Of a DNA stretch of 64,000 bases, positions 13,944 to 38,647 are shown piece after piece (position 1 is the first letter of the stretch; each line of letters opens with the position of its first letter). A program made the position numbers and the translations under genes. The DNA comes from Chrysomallon squamiferum (taxonomy: Eukaryota; Animalia; Mollusca). The stretch lies in assembly GCA_012295275.1 (NCBI GenBank), contig CM022674.1, forward strand, positions 10,292,001 to 10,356,000, read 5' to 3'. A model generated the notes under the pieces. That model did no database searches. It was not told where the DNA came from and worked only from the letters and a program-made list of their open reading frames with translations.

Positions 13944-15102
13944 TACAGATACACAAACACATACAAACACAGATTATAAACATACATACGTATCTAGACA
14001 CAGATACACAGATACTAAAGCATGCACGCACGAACGCTCTTACCTATACACACACACGCACGCACACTACATACACACACACACAAACACACTAACCCAA
14101 AGTTAATACCTGATAGTTGTAAGGATTCTGAATGAGTGTTTTCGGAGTTCACAAATGATGTGGATGCTGACGTTGCTGACAACGTGGTTGTTGCTTTCAG
14201 GTCCGTGATGGTGCAGACAACGGGACTAAAAGTGTACTGTGCTTCAGGGTTTGAAAATTTTACTAATAAATCATTGTCTTTATCTATTGACACCACTTTT
14301 CCTTGCTTTCCTACAAACTGAAACAAACAAACAAAACAATATAATTTTTTTAGAAATAATAGTAAAAAACAAGAACATTACCAAAACAGTTTCCTAAAAA
14401 AGGAAAAGCAGTCACCCACATCCCGTCCCAGAAAAGATAAACCACTAAGAAATAATATTTTCTACTCTGTCAAAATGTACAGAAGAATTAACAAATAAAC
14501 AGCAACAGTTTTTAAACTCAAAGCTTTTTCAATTTTTTTTTTGGAAATGTGAATCTCACGATGAAAAAAAAAAAAAAAAAAACCCACCAAAAAAACAACA
14601 ACAAGTAAAGGTTTTTTATTTTATTGTGGTCACATTTTACATTTATTTACTTATGTAAATAAGTATTATTTTATATTTCTGTGCCAGTTGTAAAAAAGTA
14701 AAACATTTTTATTTATATGTATTATTTATTTATATATATGTACTATTTATAAATAATTTTTTATTTATTTATATGTACTGTTCCTATATGTATTTTTATT
14801 TATGTGTTATTTGTAAATAAACATGATTTGGTTTACCTGTGACATCGTCGCGGTCCATCCACCATGACTAATTTGTAGAAGCTTAACCACATCAACGTCG
14901 TCGATGATTTGTACAATATCACCGACAGAAAAAGAGTGAAGCTAAAGAAACATTTAAAATAATAATAATAAAGAATAAACAAATAAAACAACAAGAACAA
15001 TCAATTTTTTTTTTTTTTTAAATTTAAATCCCACCTATTTAACAGTGTATAAATTGCACCCAAAGCATAGCCTTGAAAATATATAAGAAACCTAGGTAAT
15101 AA

Positions 15103-15138
<36 letters not shown>

Positions 15139-18100
15139 ATTCCGTTATAATTTTTTATAATTAATTTCAACAAAAACATGTATTTATAAATATTCTTTAT
15201 TGTTTAATTTTTCTCATGCGTGAAGATTTAACCGCGGACAATAATGAACCTACCACTGTTAATACACTTTTTACTATTCGCCATGATTTGCTGTCCTGAT
15301 ACTGCACCATCGCCCAGTCATGTACGTCGTCACTTTCAGTAACAGTACCAGCCTCTCTGATATACTACAACAACAACAAAAACTATAAGTAATAATAATA
15401 ATACTGATGATAAGACTGACGATGATGTTAATAATGATGATAATGACAATTATGATCATGACAATGATAGTGATGATGACATAATAATAACTAACAGTAA
15501 TAATAACAACAATAGCAATAAGCAGTAACAGCAAACATAAACAATAACGACAACAAAAACAATGAAAATAAAATAATTATAATAATAATAACAACAAAAA
15601 TAATTAACAGCAATGATAATAATAATAATAATAATACCGACATCAGCTCAATAACAATCAGTATCTCTTCCAACCATTCAGTCATCTCTTCCGACCATTC
15701 AGCGTCTTCTGCCTCGTTCTGAATCTCTTTGAATGTTTCAAGATTCACATTCACGCTAACTTTATCACCTACTTTCACTTGGATCATTTTAGCTTCAACG
15801 TCTGAAATATAAACAATATAACATCTTATATAGGTAGTGTGAGGTAGGTTAATATAGGTTATTAGCACACAGAAACACTCCCCCCTCACACACGATAATA
15901 TAAATTGTAGGTAAGGTGCGATAAGGTAAGCTAAGGTATGGGATAGAATATGGTTAATATTACGCGATCGAAAGCGCTGCTGTGTACATACAAACCACCC
16001 ACTCAAACCCAGTCACATATATATAATATAACAAAACATAACATAACATAACGTACATAACATAACACAGCGTAACGTAACATAACGTAACATAAAAAGC
16101 TTACCTAAAACTGGTAAATGATTTTGTAGATACTTCCATCCTTGACTTTCCTGCACGTAAATGATGTCAAGTTTTCCTTCTTTGCCTGCTCTGTACTGTT
16201 TAGCTGGAGCCTCTGAGAAGAACCACTGTACATCTACAACCCCACTTCTGTGGAACGTCTCAACAGATCCCACATTTCCACCTAGGAATAACAAAAAACA
16301 TTAACATGACAACAAAAAATAAAATAAAAATAAATAAACAGAAAAACAACAAAAAGCAACAGACAACCACAAAACAAAAATAACAACAAAAAACAACAAC
16401 AAACAAACAAACAAGAAAACAAATAACAACAATAAAAAACCAACAATCAACCCAACAAAAACTATAGCTGTAACAAAAACAACAAGAACAACAAAAACAT
16501 TACTCTTGGTAAATTTACCAAACATTAATAGCTGTAATTAACCTGCAAAATATTTATCGGAATCTAACACTTTTCATTTACAACATATAAATAGATAAGT
16601 GACGTCATAATTATATGAAGTAATTTGGGTTTCTTTTCAGTAGACCGGCAAAGACAGAAAAAAAACGTGGAATGACAGGTATGTTCTTTAAAAAATCTAG
16701 GAAAATTCTCCAGATAAAACACAGGTTTATTCTCTTTCCCAGATTCTGCTTACCGTCCTCTGTTCCGTATTTCCAGTGCGGACCAGGTATAACCATCGCG
16801 GTTTCAAAAATACCATAGGACTGTAAATGTCGACACTCGAATCTTGGAGGTACACCGATGCTGAATAATAATAATAACAACAACAACAACAACAACAACA
16901 ACATCAATAGGTATTCTTCCAGTTTATGTCTAACCCTTGTTAGCAGAGATTTTACAAGATAATAATAATAATAATAATAATAATTTGTTATTACATGGCC
17001 CCAACTACATTGAGGCAAATGAGGCAAATGATTTATATATATATCCATATATATATATATATATATATATTATTTTTAAAAAATCTAAAATATAAATTTC
17101 TATGCCGATAGAAACGAGATCCACTGAATGAATTCGATTACGTCTATACTAGTGATTCCCAACCTTTTCATCAATGCGGAGCCCTATAACATTTTTTAAT
17201 ATCCTGCGGTGCCCGCCCACATTAATTAAATAGTTATTTATTTATACAAATTACTATTTAAATTAGGAATGATATCCATATTATCCATGTGCATTGTACA
17301 TAGTAACCATTGTAATGTTATTGTAGGTGTATTCGTTTGTTCTGTCTATTTCATTCTGTCCGTCTCCTTTTTTATTTATTAATTATGTCATCTCTCGCGG
17401 AGCCCTTGACGATGCACCGCGGAGCAGAAGGGCTCCGAGGAGCACCGGTTGGGAAACACTGGTCTATACCTTAAGCATCTCTCAGACCCATCGCCCGAAT
17501 TTTTTAAAGTGCTTTTGCCTCATTTCAGAAGGAGTCTAGTAGCGGCCATGTATTATTATTTCTGCACGGGAACTATAAGTAGTCTAGAAAAGACATACAA
17601 CGTACAACGAAGAAGTCGGAGTCAGTTTACGTAAAAACGAGTGAGTGGGTTCGTGTTTTTCCGTCATGTAGCATCGAGTACAGACCACGACATTGGTACA
17701 TTCCGCACATTTCCACAACATACCGGTGATAGGACTTTCTGAGCAAGCATTACATTTAAAGCCATCTTGAGTAACACCTGTAATAGATACAATCTGCACA
17801 TAGTAATTTACTGATAACATTCTTATCCGTATTGTTAGAAAAGAACTAGTATGTTAATAAATATAATACATACACTGATAATGCATGCAGCCTAATAGTT
17901 CCCAGTTACTGTTACATTATTGTCTAATGATGAACATTATTAAGAACAAAGCGTACAGAAGATGTCGTACCGGCTGGCGCATTGTCAAAAATCAGGAGTT
18001 CACATTTTCCATTTTCTCCAGCCATGTATGTTGACTCTCTGCCCGAGTCCCAGATTACTGTAACTCTGCCACCTCTAATCTTACATACTGTACCCACGTG

Positions 18101-18175
18101 ACCCTCATCGCCATCTTCATCTTTACCTTTCCAGTCAGGACCTCGGACTACGCGAATACCGAGATTTACTGACAT
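6837..18175 (-). CDS. Mind-bomb (MIB2-like) scaffold fused to a PARP catalytic domain: Mib_Herc2-ZZ-Mib_Herc2-2x Mib repeat-ankyrin repeats-ART; about 980 aa, 18 exons
   Basis: Exons 18175-17971, 17777-17606, 16860-16754, 16281-16105, 15801-15638 (donor uncertain), 15364-15254, 14941-14837, 14317-14110, 13548-13427, 13199-13051, 12818-12662, 11600-11440, 11088-10959, 9132-9030, 8385-8303, 8119-7971, 7726-7505, 7254-6837. All are GT-AG and phase-consistent (2943 nt). Motifs: GIRVVRGPDWKGKDEDGDEGHVGTV; ZZ CNAC..CAEC..CTRC..H...H; VIPGPHWKYGTEDGGNVGSV; FSVGDIVQI..LQISHGGW; ankyrin TPLH/TALH repeats; PARP LLFHGT...FGRGAYFA...YPEYLIEY. Confidence 0.88.
9290..10800. repeat. Pyrimidine-rich degenerate minisatellite (CTCTTTCTCTCCCTATACTC-like units) in an intron
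   Basis: Dozens of tccctatactc / cactctctttctc motifs. These generate the spurious 464-aa and 494-aa S/L/Y/P-rich ORFs. Confidence 0.9.
11640..12080. repeat. 28-bp minisatellite with a 56-bp dimeric higher-order repeat
   Basis: The core GT(G/A)TTAATTCAAC recurs every 28 bp (e.g. 11757, 11785, 11813). The 56-mer gtattaattcaacacgtaacagttgtccgtgttaattcaacgcgtgatacatgcta is repeated about 3 times. Confidence 0.9.
17150..17461. mobile_element. Non-autonomous hAT (Charlie-like) DNA transposon / MITE, 312 bp
   Basis: TIRs TAGTGATTCCCAACC (17150) and GGTTGGGAAACACTG (ending 17461). Identical 8-bp TSD GTCTATAC at 17142-17149 and 17462-17469. Confidence 0.9.
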
Positions 18176-20879
18176 TTTTCTGTAATAGTAATAATAATAA
18201 GAAGATGAATATTATTTTCAGCATTGTTAAGATATAATAATACACGTTTGCAATAATGATATTCAAAAATTAACATTATCTATCTGTCTACAGATGCGTG
18301 TGTGCGCGTATATGTGTGTTTTACGAACATCTACTGCTGCTACAACTGCTTCTACTACTACTAATGTGAAAGTGCTAATACTACTAACGCTACTAATACT
18401 ACTACAGCTGCAACTATATACTATTAGCTACTACTATCACACTGACATTACTACTCTAGCTTATGATCCTACCATTACTTCCACTATTACAACAACAGTA
18501 CTACTGCTATTACTCCTACTTCTCCTCGTCCTAATGCTCCTGTTAGAAGTAGCAGAAACATAATTAACCTGCAGGTAGGAAGAGTTCATTCAAAATTTCA
18601 GACATACTGAATATCATTTTTAAGTATATCATTTCTAGCAGGCCCTCAAAAGAAGAATTTTGTAAATTTGATAAGTAGTTTGTGCGCTACGTCAGATCAA
18701 AGATGCCAAAGGGTCCGATTTTTGAGAATCAGTGAGCCAGTAATTACGTTACATCTTGAAGCAAAGGTGGCACTAGAAAAATCAAATTTCTGTTCTTATA
18801 CATTTATGTTTCTAGTTTCAACAATTTTTATCCAAAGACTATAAAAGTTAACTATCAACATTTTATTATTGTCCAACATAATAACCTTGACATTATTTGC
18901 ATGCATGCACATGCATGCATCCCATCTCTCAACACAGAAAGTAAAATTAATGTATTGCTACCGCAACATTTAAAAACTAATTTATATATAGAAGATCCCC
19001 AGCTTATAAAGATAAATAATTATGTATTGTATAGAGTATAATGTATACTAATATTATTGTAACAATAGTGTCCAACTATGTAAGACCAATAGACGAATAC
19101 AATGCAACACCCCTAACAAATATGGAATAAATTTGCCCACCATTTTGAAAGAAGCAGCGGAGCGTTCCATTATAGTATTGAAGGGAGTTAATATTTTCAA
19201 AAATTACGCTGAAGTTTTAATAAATACCAAATAATTATTCATACATAAAATGAATAACATTAAACAAAACTAGATTTGTAAACCGTCAGGGATTACACAA
19301 TGACAATTAATCGTCTTCTGAATTATAAAAGCTATTTTCACTCTTGCAGACGACAAATCTGCCATAATAATATTTGTTCGCCGCATGTTCGATATATCGG
19401 TTCTGAAACTTTGCAAGTAGTACTTTAGCCCTACATTATTTTAATCTAGAACTAATATATACTTGTTCAGAAGATATTTTTTTTACATAATAGGAATAGT
19501 GATATCAATTTACTGACATTTTTATCCAGGAAAAAATTTCGTTTTTTCTTCGAGTGATTACAGGCTAAAAATAACTGTGACGTTGTTCTCACTATGATCA
19601 CGTAAAGCAGACAGGATTTTCCTTCAGTCGTTTGTTGAAGTGAACAGGTATTTGGCGGCACAAAAAAATGGAAACGCGCGTGTCGATTCACTTACTGTTT
19701 TATTTGTTTTATATATCTAAAACACAGTATTAATAACATATCACAATTACAGTAATATAGTTTAATGACATTTAATGAACAGTTTTGTTAATTGCTGTAA
19801 ATAATATCAAAGCTCATTATATAGAATTTGAACTAAAAACGATGAGCTATTATCGGTAAAAGAAAGCAATTCGCCAGACGTCATCTGGGTTTAGCGAACT
19901 CGCTACTGCAAGTTAACTACCTAAATCTTGTATGTCTGTGGGTTTAAAAAATAAATATACAACAGGTTCTTTCATTAACAGCATCAGCTCGACTCCACAT
20001 AGGTTGCCTCAAGTCGTATTCTATAAGGTGAAAATATTTCTTATAATTATTTTCAAGCATGTGTGTGTGTGTGCCTTTGTGCAAGTGTGTGTGTGTGTCT
20101 GTGTGTGTAAACGTTGTTTTTAACCTTGGAATCAGACACGAGAATATTAGTAGATAATTAGTCTCCGGATTTAATTACTGTTTAATTTTTCTAATCGTCA
20201 TTTGCGTTTCTTGACATATTTCACCAATGCGTGACCATGTTAAACTTGTGATTACTTTTTAAAATTAACTGCAAAACGTAATTAAATTACAAACTAACTT
20301 AGACTAGTTTTATACATACGTACATATACGCATACACACACACACGCACACTCATATATATATATATATTTTTTATTTATTTATTTATCTGTTTCATGAT
20401 CGTGTTCACTTTTATTCTTATTCTTCTTCTTATTATTATTGTAACTAAATATAAACTAAACAAAACCGAACTGAACTGAACTGAACTAATAATGAAAGAA
20501 AGACTGAATGTTCAAAAACACAACCGCACATACACACACAGACATAAATGCACACATAAACTCATGCATATACATACACACTACACATAAACACACAGAG
20601 ACAACCCAGTCACAAACTTTTGTATATAAACCATTCATCCAGACCGAATGACCTACTGAGAACATATCTAAATACATGAGCATGTTATATGATTAACACA
20701 AATAGTTTTTCTACTTACCAAATACTCTCTTTAACTTAATTCAGTATTTTATTGTATCCATTTTGTTTTATTTTATCACAGAACAGTTAACACATTACAG
20801 TGAATAAACTTCCTCTTTGCCGAAAACCGTTTACTGATTTAAACTCTGTAGATTATGTTTTCTTCTTTCTATCTTTTAT

Positions 20880-21235
20880 TCTTCTTCTTCTTTCTTTTTT
20901 CATTCGATACCAGTGGCTTTTGGTAATATACTGTTCCTTTCAGTGCTGAAGAAATGTTGTTGATACAGTATTTAAAGCTTAATGGAAATAAAGATTTATA
21001 AGAAATGCCAGTTTAATCTTGTTCAGACGCATCATACTTATATAGCTAGTGTGTGTATTATCTGTGTTAAAGGTCACGTTCTCGTAACAACTGTTTTAAG
21101 TTTCGAACCATTCGATATTGAGATCACACACACATTCACACACACACACATGCAGTCACACACAAACACAGTACAAATAAAATGTTTTCTGTAGCTGCAT
21201 ACATATATCGTGTATTATATCTATGTCACGATTTG

Positions 21236-21288
<53 letters not shown>

Positions 21289-21538
21289 TTTTATTATTCT
21301 TTTTCTTTCTTTTTTCATTCGATATCAGTGGCTCATGGTAATATACTGTTCCTTTCTGTGCTGAAGAAATGTTGTTGATACATTTAAAGCTTAATAACAC
21401 AGTTTTTAAATATTAATTGCCATAAATATTTCTAAGAAATACAAGTTTAATCTTGTATTTATATACCTAGTGTATGGCTTTTATCTCTATCTGTCAGGTC
21501 TCGTTCACGTAACGACTGCAGACTGTTCAGTCTCACAT

Positions 21539-21571
<33 letters not shown>

Positions 21572-21600
21572 CACACACACACAAAACACACATACACACA
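20880..21600. repeat. Tandem duplication with a ~415-bp period
   Basis: ttcattcgata(c/t)cagtggct..ggtaatatactgttcctttc(a/t)gtgctgaagaaatgttgttgataca occurs at ~20899 and ~21313. Each copy is followed by similar aagaaat..agtttaatcttg and CA-rich tracts. Confidence 0.8.
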
Positions 21601-21890
21601 CAGACACATACATACAAATACATTTAAGGAAGAAGTCATATTCTGGTAATGTTTGTAAACACGTGAAAGAACAAGAGAGAAATATTTTTTCTTTGTCTTA
21701 TTTGTTGTAACTGTAGCTGGAGCGCGTATCGTGGGATCAGTCCTATTCAATGCGCCATTCTGTTACAGCTCTTGTGTCGTTAATGGTGATCGCCAGACCG
21801 AATCTATGAGAGATACACACAATACCTTGTGAAAAATCATTTGTTACAATCAAATAGATCTGATTTGGAACAAAAGATTTTTACTATATA

Positions 21891-21933
<43 letters not shown>

Positions 21934-22030
21934 TATACACACACATTCATTTGTTTTGTAACAAAGGATTTTTACTCTGTTTATATATACACACACATAC
22001 ACACACAGTCAGACACACACTCACACTCAG

Positions 22031-22062
<32 letters not shown>

Positions 22063-22216
22063 ACAAATTTCCGAAAATATTAAATTAAAGGTATATTTAT
22101 CAATTCGTCCAAATATGTTTTTAAAGTTAAATAAATAAAAACATGAATACTATAACAACAACGCTAAAAGATAAAGCATTGATAGTTTTCTTTTCTCAAT
22201 ATAAATAGTGATGATG

Positions 22217-22269
<53 letters not shown>

Positions 22270-22755
22270 TAATAATAAAATAAAATAAAATAAATAAAAT
22301 AAAATAAATCATATCTCCTTAATCGTTTTCTCATTACTCGTGTTCTGAATACTTTTGTTCTGGACAGTGGCGGCTAAGTTAATTTGTAATTTAATTACGT
22401 TTTCTAATTAATTAAAAATGTCATTCGATATTTCAAGATGTTGCAGATCTCTTGTAGACCGCTGGTGAACATTTTGTAGGAAGCTAAAATGAAGATTAGA
22501 AGAATCAATCATTTATTTTATTAAGTTAGCATCTCTTGTACAGTCAGTGGTCAGCTGGGTTTTAATGTCGGCTTAGAAGTCCTGTAAATACATCGAGTTG
22601 CCCCCACACACAGTAACACACACAACAAATACACCCACAGACATATACCCAACACAGACAGATACATACATACACACATTACACATACACAAACACATAT
22701 TATGCACACATGTAGAAAAGCAGAGAAAGAGAGAGAGGTAGCAATAGCGACACAC

Positions 22756-22796
<41 letters not shown>

Positions 22797-22815
22797 GAGA
22801 GAGAGAGAGAGAGAA

Positions 22816-22898
<83 letters not shown>

Positions 22899-23285
22899 AA
22901 GAAAGCAGCAGCAGCAGTTGTGATTACTGTATCATTGCCATCATTATCATCATCATCACCATCTTCATTGTTACCAAATTTTTATTATTATTATTATTAT
23001 TATTTTCACATTCTATCATATTTAACAAAGTGAATCACTCTCTTTAAGAATCATTCAGGATTATTTGTTCAACATCACTAGACAAATACGTACTTTAGAT
23101 GTACATTTATATAAGTAATTTTATTTTAGAACAAATTGACAATTATTCAGAATCTATCTTGTCCGTCTGGACCGAAGGTACGAAAGTTCAGTTTTGTGAC
23201 AGATGAAGTATGTGCCCGCTTTATAACACACAGACAGACAGAAAGACACACAGAGAGAGATAGATAGAGAAAAGAAAATATACAA

Positions 23286-23324
<39 letters not shown>

Positions 23325-25098
23325 CAAACAGATTAGTAGATATATATTATAAACAGATAAAGAAATTTGATTTAGAATGTGGAATAGAAATATATATATA
23401 AATTACATATATTAGAAAGACAGCTAAAAAATAGGTATATAAAAGATAGAGAAAAAATGAAGACACTGCTCATAATTTGAAGATGAATCAATTTCTTCAA
23501 ATTGATTCGTTTATTTAACACTTTGACGTGAAAATGTTCGCTATAAATCTTTTCTCAGAATAAAGTATGGAACATTTTAAATGCATTAAGATTATTATTT
23601 TACTTCTTTTATTTGTGATATCATAGAATAAAAATAAATAAATAAGTAAATAAGTAAATACATAAAGAAGAAGAAGAGGAAAAATTAATTAATAAACAAG
23701 GTAAGTAACTAAGTAAATAAGTAAGAAATAAATTAATTAATTAATTAAAACATTTTTAAAAAGAAAAAGATATCGGTTTCTGTTTTATAAAAACTTGTGA
23801 AGATTGGTCTAATCTAGTTTATATTAATGAAGTGTTGCTGTAGCAGTACAGAAAATGATGAATGAATAAACGAGGAAAAAGGATTATAAAATAATAAAAC
23901 AATTTTGATCTTAATCCAGCTTACTGTTAGGAAAAATGTTTCTTAATCCCAGATTTAGTTTCTCGCCCACGGCGGATCTGTCATTTCAAAATTATTCTTT
24001 AAATGCGAAGGGAAAAAAACGGAGTAAGAGAAACAAAAAAAGTGTAAAAGACTCTTTTCTTTCTTTTTTTTGGGGGGGGGATAAAAAAAGAAGAAAAATA
24101 GATTGAAATTTTTATTAATCAGTGTGATTCCAGTTACAAATTTACATTTTTAACCTGATGGCCATTATGGTTTACTATAATTACTCAAATTCATTTTAAA
24201 AAGAAAGAAAACTAACAGATAAAAATGAAGAATAAAATATTAAAGATGTAGAAGATGTTGGTCAGCGGTTATGATAATAACGATATTGCAGTGGCGATTG
24301 CTGATTTTTTGTTTGTTTGTATAAAGATGATAATAGTTATGATGATGGTGATACCATATAACTGATTGTGGTATGGCATGCTAATAAAGATTATTACAAT
24401 TTCTTTATGGCATTAACTTATACTGACGTTGTTGCTGACGTTGATGTCAATAATATTGCCGCGGTAGTAAAGTAGAATGTATTTTATTGCATTTCAGAAA
24501 AAATTACTTTCATATTTAAAAGTTTAAACTTTTTCCATCCAGTCCATAAGTTTATTAGCTAAACCACAACCGTTATAAATAAGAAAAATCATTTATAAAT
24601 TTTACATACATAGACATTTTATTATTTATGCAGATTTATCTCTAAATAATATTAGTAAACAAACAGTATATGGTTGTGTTTCTGTTTATCTGTTTACTCA
24701 GTTTTAGTATTAATAAGAGAGCAAACTAACATCCCCCCTATAACGATTTACCGAGCCTCCCTTAAAAGTGGTTCTATCGTTTTTACGAGTGATTTGAAAT
24801 GAAGACGTCAGAGAAAAATCTGAATGCAGTGATTCGTTCCAGTGTCTGTCACACAGTGCCTTTCCTGTTTCTCAGTCTGACGTCAGATGTTTTTCAGCGA
24901 TTCGTTTCTGTCAAGTTTTAATATAAAAAAATATAAAAAGTGATATCTGTTAAGACACTTTCGTGAATAATACTGATTAAAAGTGAAAAAAGAGAGTATA
25001 ATAAAAGTAGTAATTATAGAAAGATAAAGAAAAAATTAATGAATTAAAAACATTATTTTTGATAGGAGAGGCTAAATATATTTAAAATTAATATATAT

Positions 25099-25168
<70 letters not shown>

Positions 25169-27910
25169 AAAATGAGGAACAATATGAAAGAAAAACAGTG
25201 AAAGCAAATAAATAAAATTCAATTTATTTAACGAGTTAACATCAGGAGAGAAAAAATATTTATTCTACTGTTTTTCTGTTGTTGTTGAGATTTTTTTTCT
25301 CTCTCTTTTGTTTGGTACGATGAGATTATGCCTTTCGTTTCTTTTTCCTCTCTCCTTTGATTCTTTTTTCTTTTCAATTTAATTCTGTACTTTTCTCAAG
25401 TCGATATTTGTCAAAACGCTTTTTCTGCATCCCCTTAGGCAGTGTGAGTATCAGTTCCCGCTTAGTATTAGTTTCAACCAATCAAATATGAGTACGTCGA
25501 ATTCAAATTTCCTGTCTTTATTATTTTACTGGTCTTATTTAAACCATTCAGCCAATCGCCGTCGGCAATATTAACGTGGATAAAATTCTATGTTGATTAA
25601 TCCAATATACCTTGCTAATTATAGATACGCACTTTTGGTTATTTATGATCAAGTTTGTAGTATTTATCAATACAAAAACATAAATCATATTCCATTTTTT
25701 ACTTTACTTAAACCACAAATTATTTTGTTTCACACACACTCACACACATACACACATATAAAGTGGATACCTTTATATTGCAATGGAAGCCATCAATAAT
25801 GTTATATGTTTTTAAATGAGAACCAGTTTGCTCCAATGCATCGGGTAACTGGACCACTGTCGTATTAATGGATATTGTGCCTTTAATATCTTGCAATTTA
25901 AAATAAATTTAGCACGTTATTTTTTTTGTACAAAACATAATACAAGTAGATGACCTTACACGCGAAACATAGAGCGAAACATAGTCTGTGTCCGTCTGTG
26001 TGTGTGTGCGTGCGTGTGCGGCCAGATAAAAGATGTAAAATGTAATTATAATTATATTATTATTGATATCTCTCCTGTCCTCAGTCGGAGTATGTTATAC
26101 CGGAAATTAATGTTTTCAGTTTTAAAGATGAGTGCTCAGTTTAAGTTCTGAAGTAAACTCATCCGTTCTAGTCTGGCTGCATGTTTAGAAGCAGACGACA
26201 GGTCCTCCACAGTGAACTGTAAATCTGAATATTTTATTATTTTTATACTTATTTACTACTTAACACTAATACTAATTATATTAGTTCTACTACTACCATT
26301 ACTACGTCATCAACACTCTACTAACGCTTATACTGATACTATTATATTATTATTACTATTAGTTTATTAATATAATTACTATTATTAATTTAGTCATTAC
26401 AAAACTCTAATTACCAGCTACTGTGGTGCTGCGTTCACTGACTCATGATCCGTCGTAAAATCCACTCACACTCGAAAATACCCACTCCTCTCTCACAATA
26501 TTGGTTTTTGAACTTCATGTTCAGAATCACAAACTTTGTGTAAAAATAAATGATGAAACATAGTAAATGAAGTTGTGAAAAAACCCAATAAAAATAATAT
26601 TCGAAACAATTTGGTTCTCTTCACGCTGGTTCCCACAATTAGCTCAATGTGTTAGAATTCACGTAGTTTCGTGATGTGTATGGTAGGCTATTTAGGTCAT
26701 AATTTACCTGCATCGGTATATTCACAATATCATACTTATGATGTAATATACACATACCGACTGAGAGAAAATGGCTGCCGACGACCACTTCCGATTAGCA
26801 GTTCAATGAAACAAAACTTGGAGCAGTAGGAGAGCACATAATACGGCTAGAGCAGCAGCTGGAATGGGAAATGGTACATTGTTAACTATTGAACCAGAAA
26901 CCCATGGAGTCTCAAAATGGGAATTAATGAATTGTTGAGGGTTGTTAATTTAAGCATGCCTAACAAAACTAACTAAAAAAACATCATATTTAATATAAGC
27001 CATTGTGATTATATCCATCCATTATTTAGCAGTGAAAACAATGGCGTTCGTTTATCTGTATCTCAATGGAAATCGCTTTCCCTCACTCTTTGCAGTCAGT
27101 GCCCACAATGGTAGTACATAGACTACGGACATGCTTTGTCCTACATACGATATGGATTTACTTTACCGTGCATAGGCCATGGATATCGACAGTGTGTAAG
27201 TCCTTAAAATATCCTCTCGATGTTCATCGAAAAACATACACACTGGCCTGATAGGACGAATTTCTTTTCTAATCTGTGCTATTCTTAACTAGTATATTTA
27301 TATTACACTTTATAATGAAAAATATTTTATAAAAATTTGTACGATTAGACTATATACTTGTATCAAAAATATTAAGTATATTAGAAGAAAACTTCTCAAT
27401 TATGACCCGAAAAGTCAACCGTACAGAGTAACCGTTTCCTTACCTTCGACCTCACAAATCAATAACGTCTTAGATTTTGATGCAAGGTTAATACTGAATA
27501 CACGTAGTGCCGCACTCGACTTTTATTTCAAACTGACGGCAGATCTGCCCTGACATATTGAAAATTTACTGTTAAAAACTATGACGGATTTATTCAAATA
27601 ATTCAAGGTACACTTTATATATATATAACTGGGGAATTTTTGGTAGTAATTTCCTTTTTATGTATTTATTTATTTATTTATTTATTTATTTATTAACTTT
27701 TAGCAAGCTTTTATGTTTAATTATGTAATTATTATTTCAGACTATATAATTTGTTTGATTTTTTTTTTTATCACATTTCTTTTTTCTTTTTTTTTATAAA
27801 GTGATGTTAAAATTATGTTTGTTTAAATAACATGTTTAATGCTGTAGACATTTTTTATTTACAGGTTCAGAACTAGTCTGTTTTGTTTCAGCATGTAGAG
27901 CTACAAGAAA

Positions 27911-38451
<10,541 letters not shown>

Positions 38452-38578
38452 ACGTATGTATTGCCATGTGGATTTGTATAAGTGTATATAAGCATATACA
38501 TACACATACATACATACATATACATACATTAATGGGTATGTGTGACAGAGCGACAAATTGAGATGTGAAATATTTTGA

Positions 38579-38647
<69 letters not shown>

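Noticed and set aside
25940-26090. Possible Helentron/DINE-like remnant (GCGAAACATAG duplicate plus GTCC/GTCT-GT tract)
   Set aside because: Termini and a hairpin could not be defined by eye.
26820-26880. CTGGAATGGGAAAT motif shared with ~46902-46915; possible SINE relic
   Set aside because: The match is too short and degenerate, and no Pol III A/B boxes or element boundaries can be identified.
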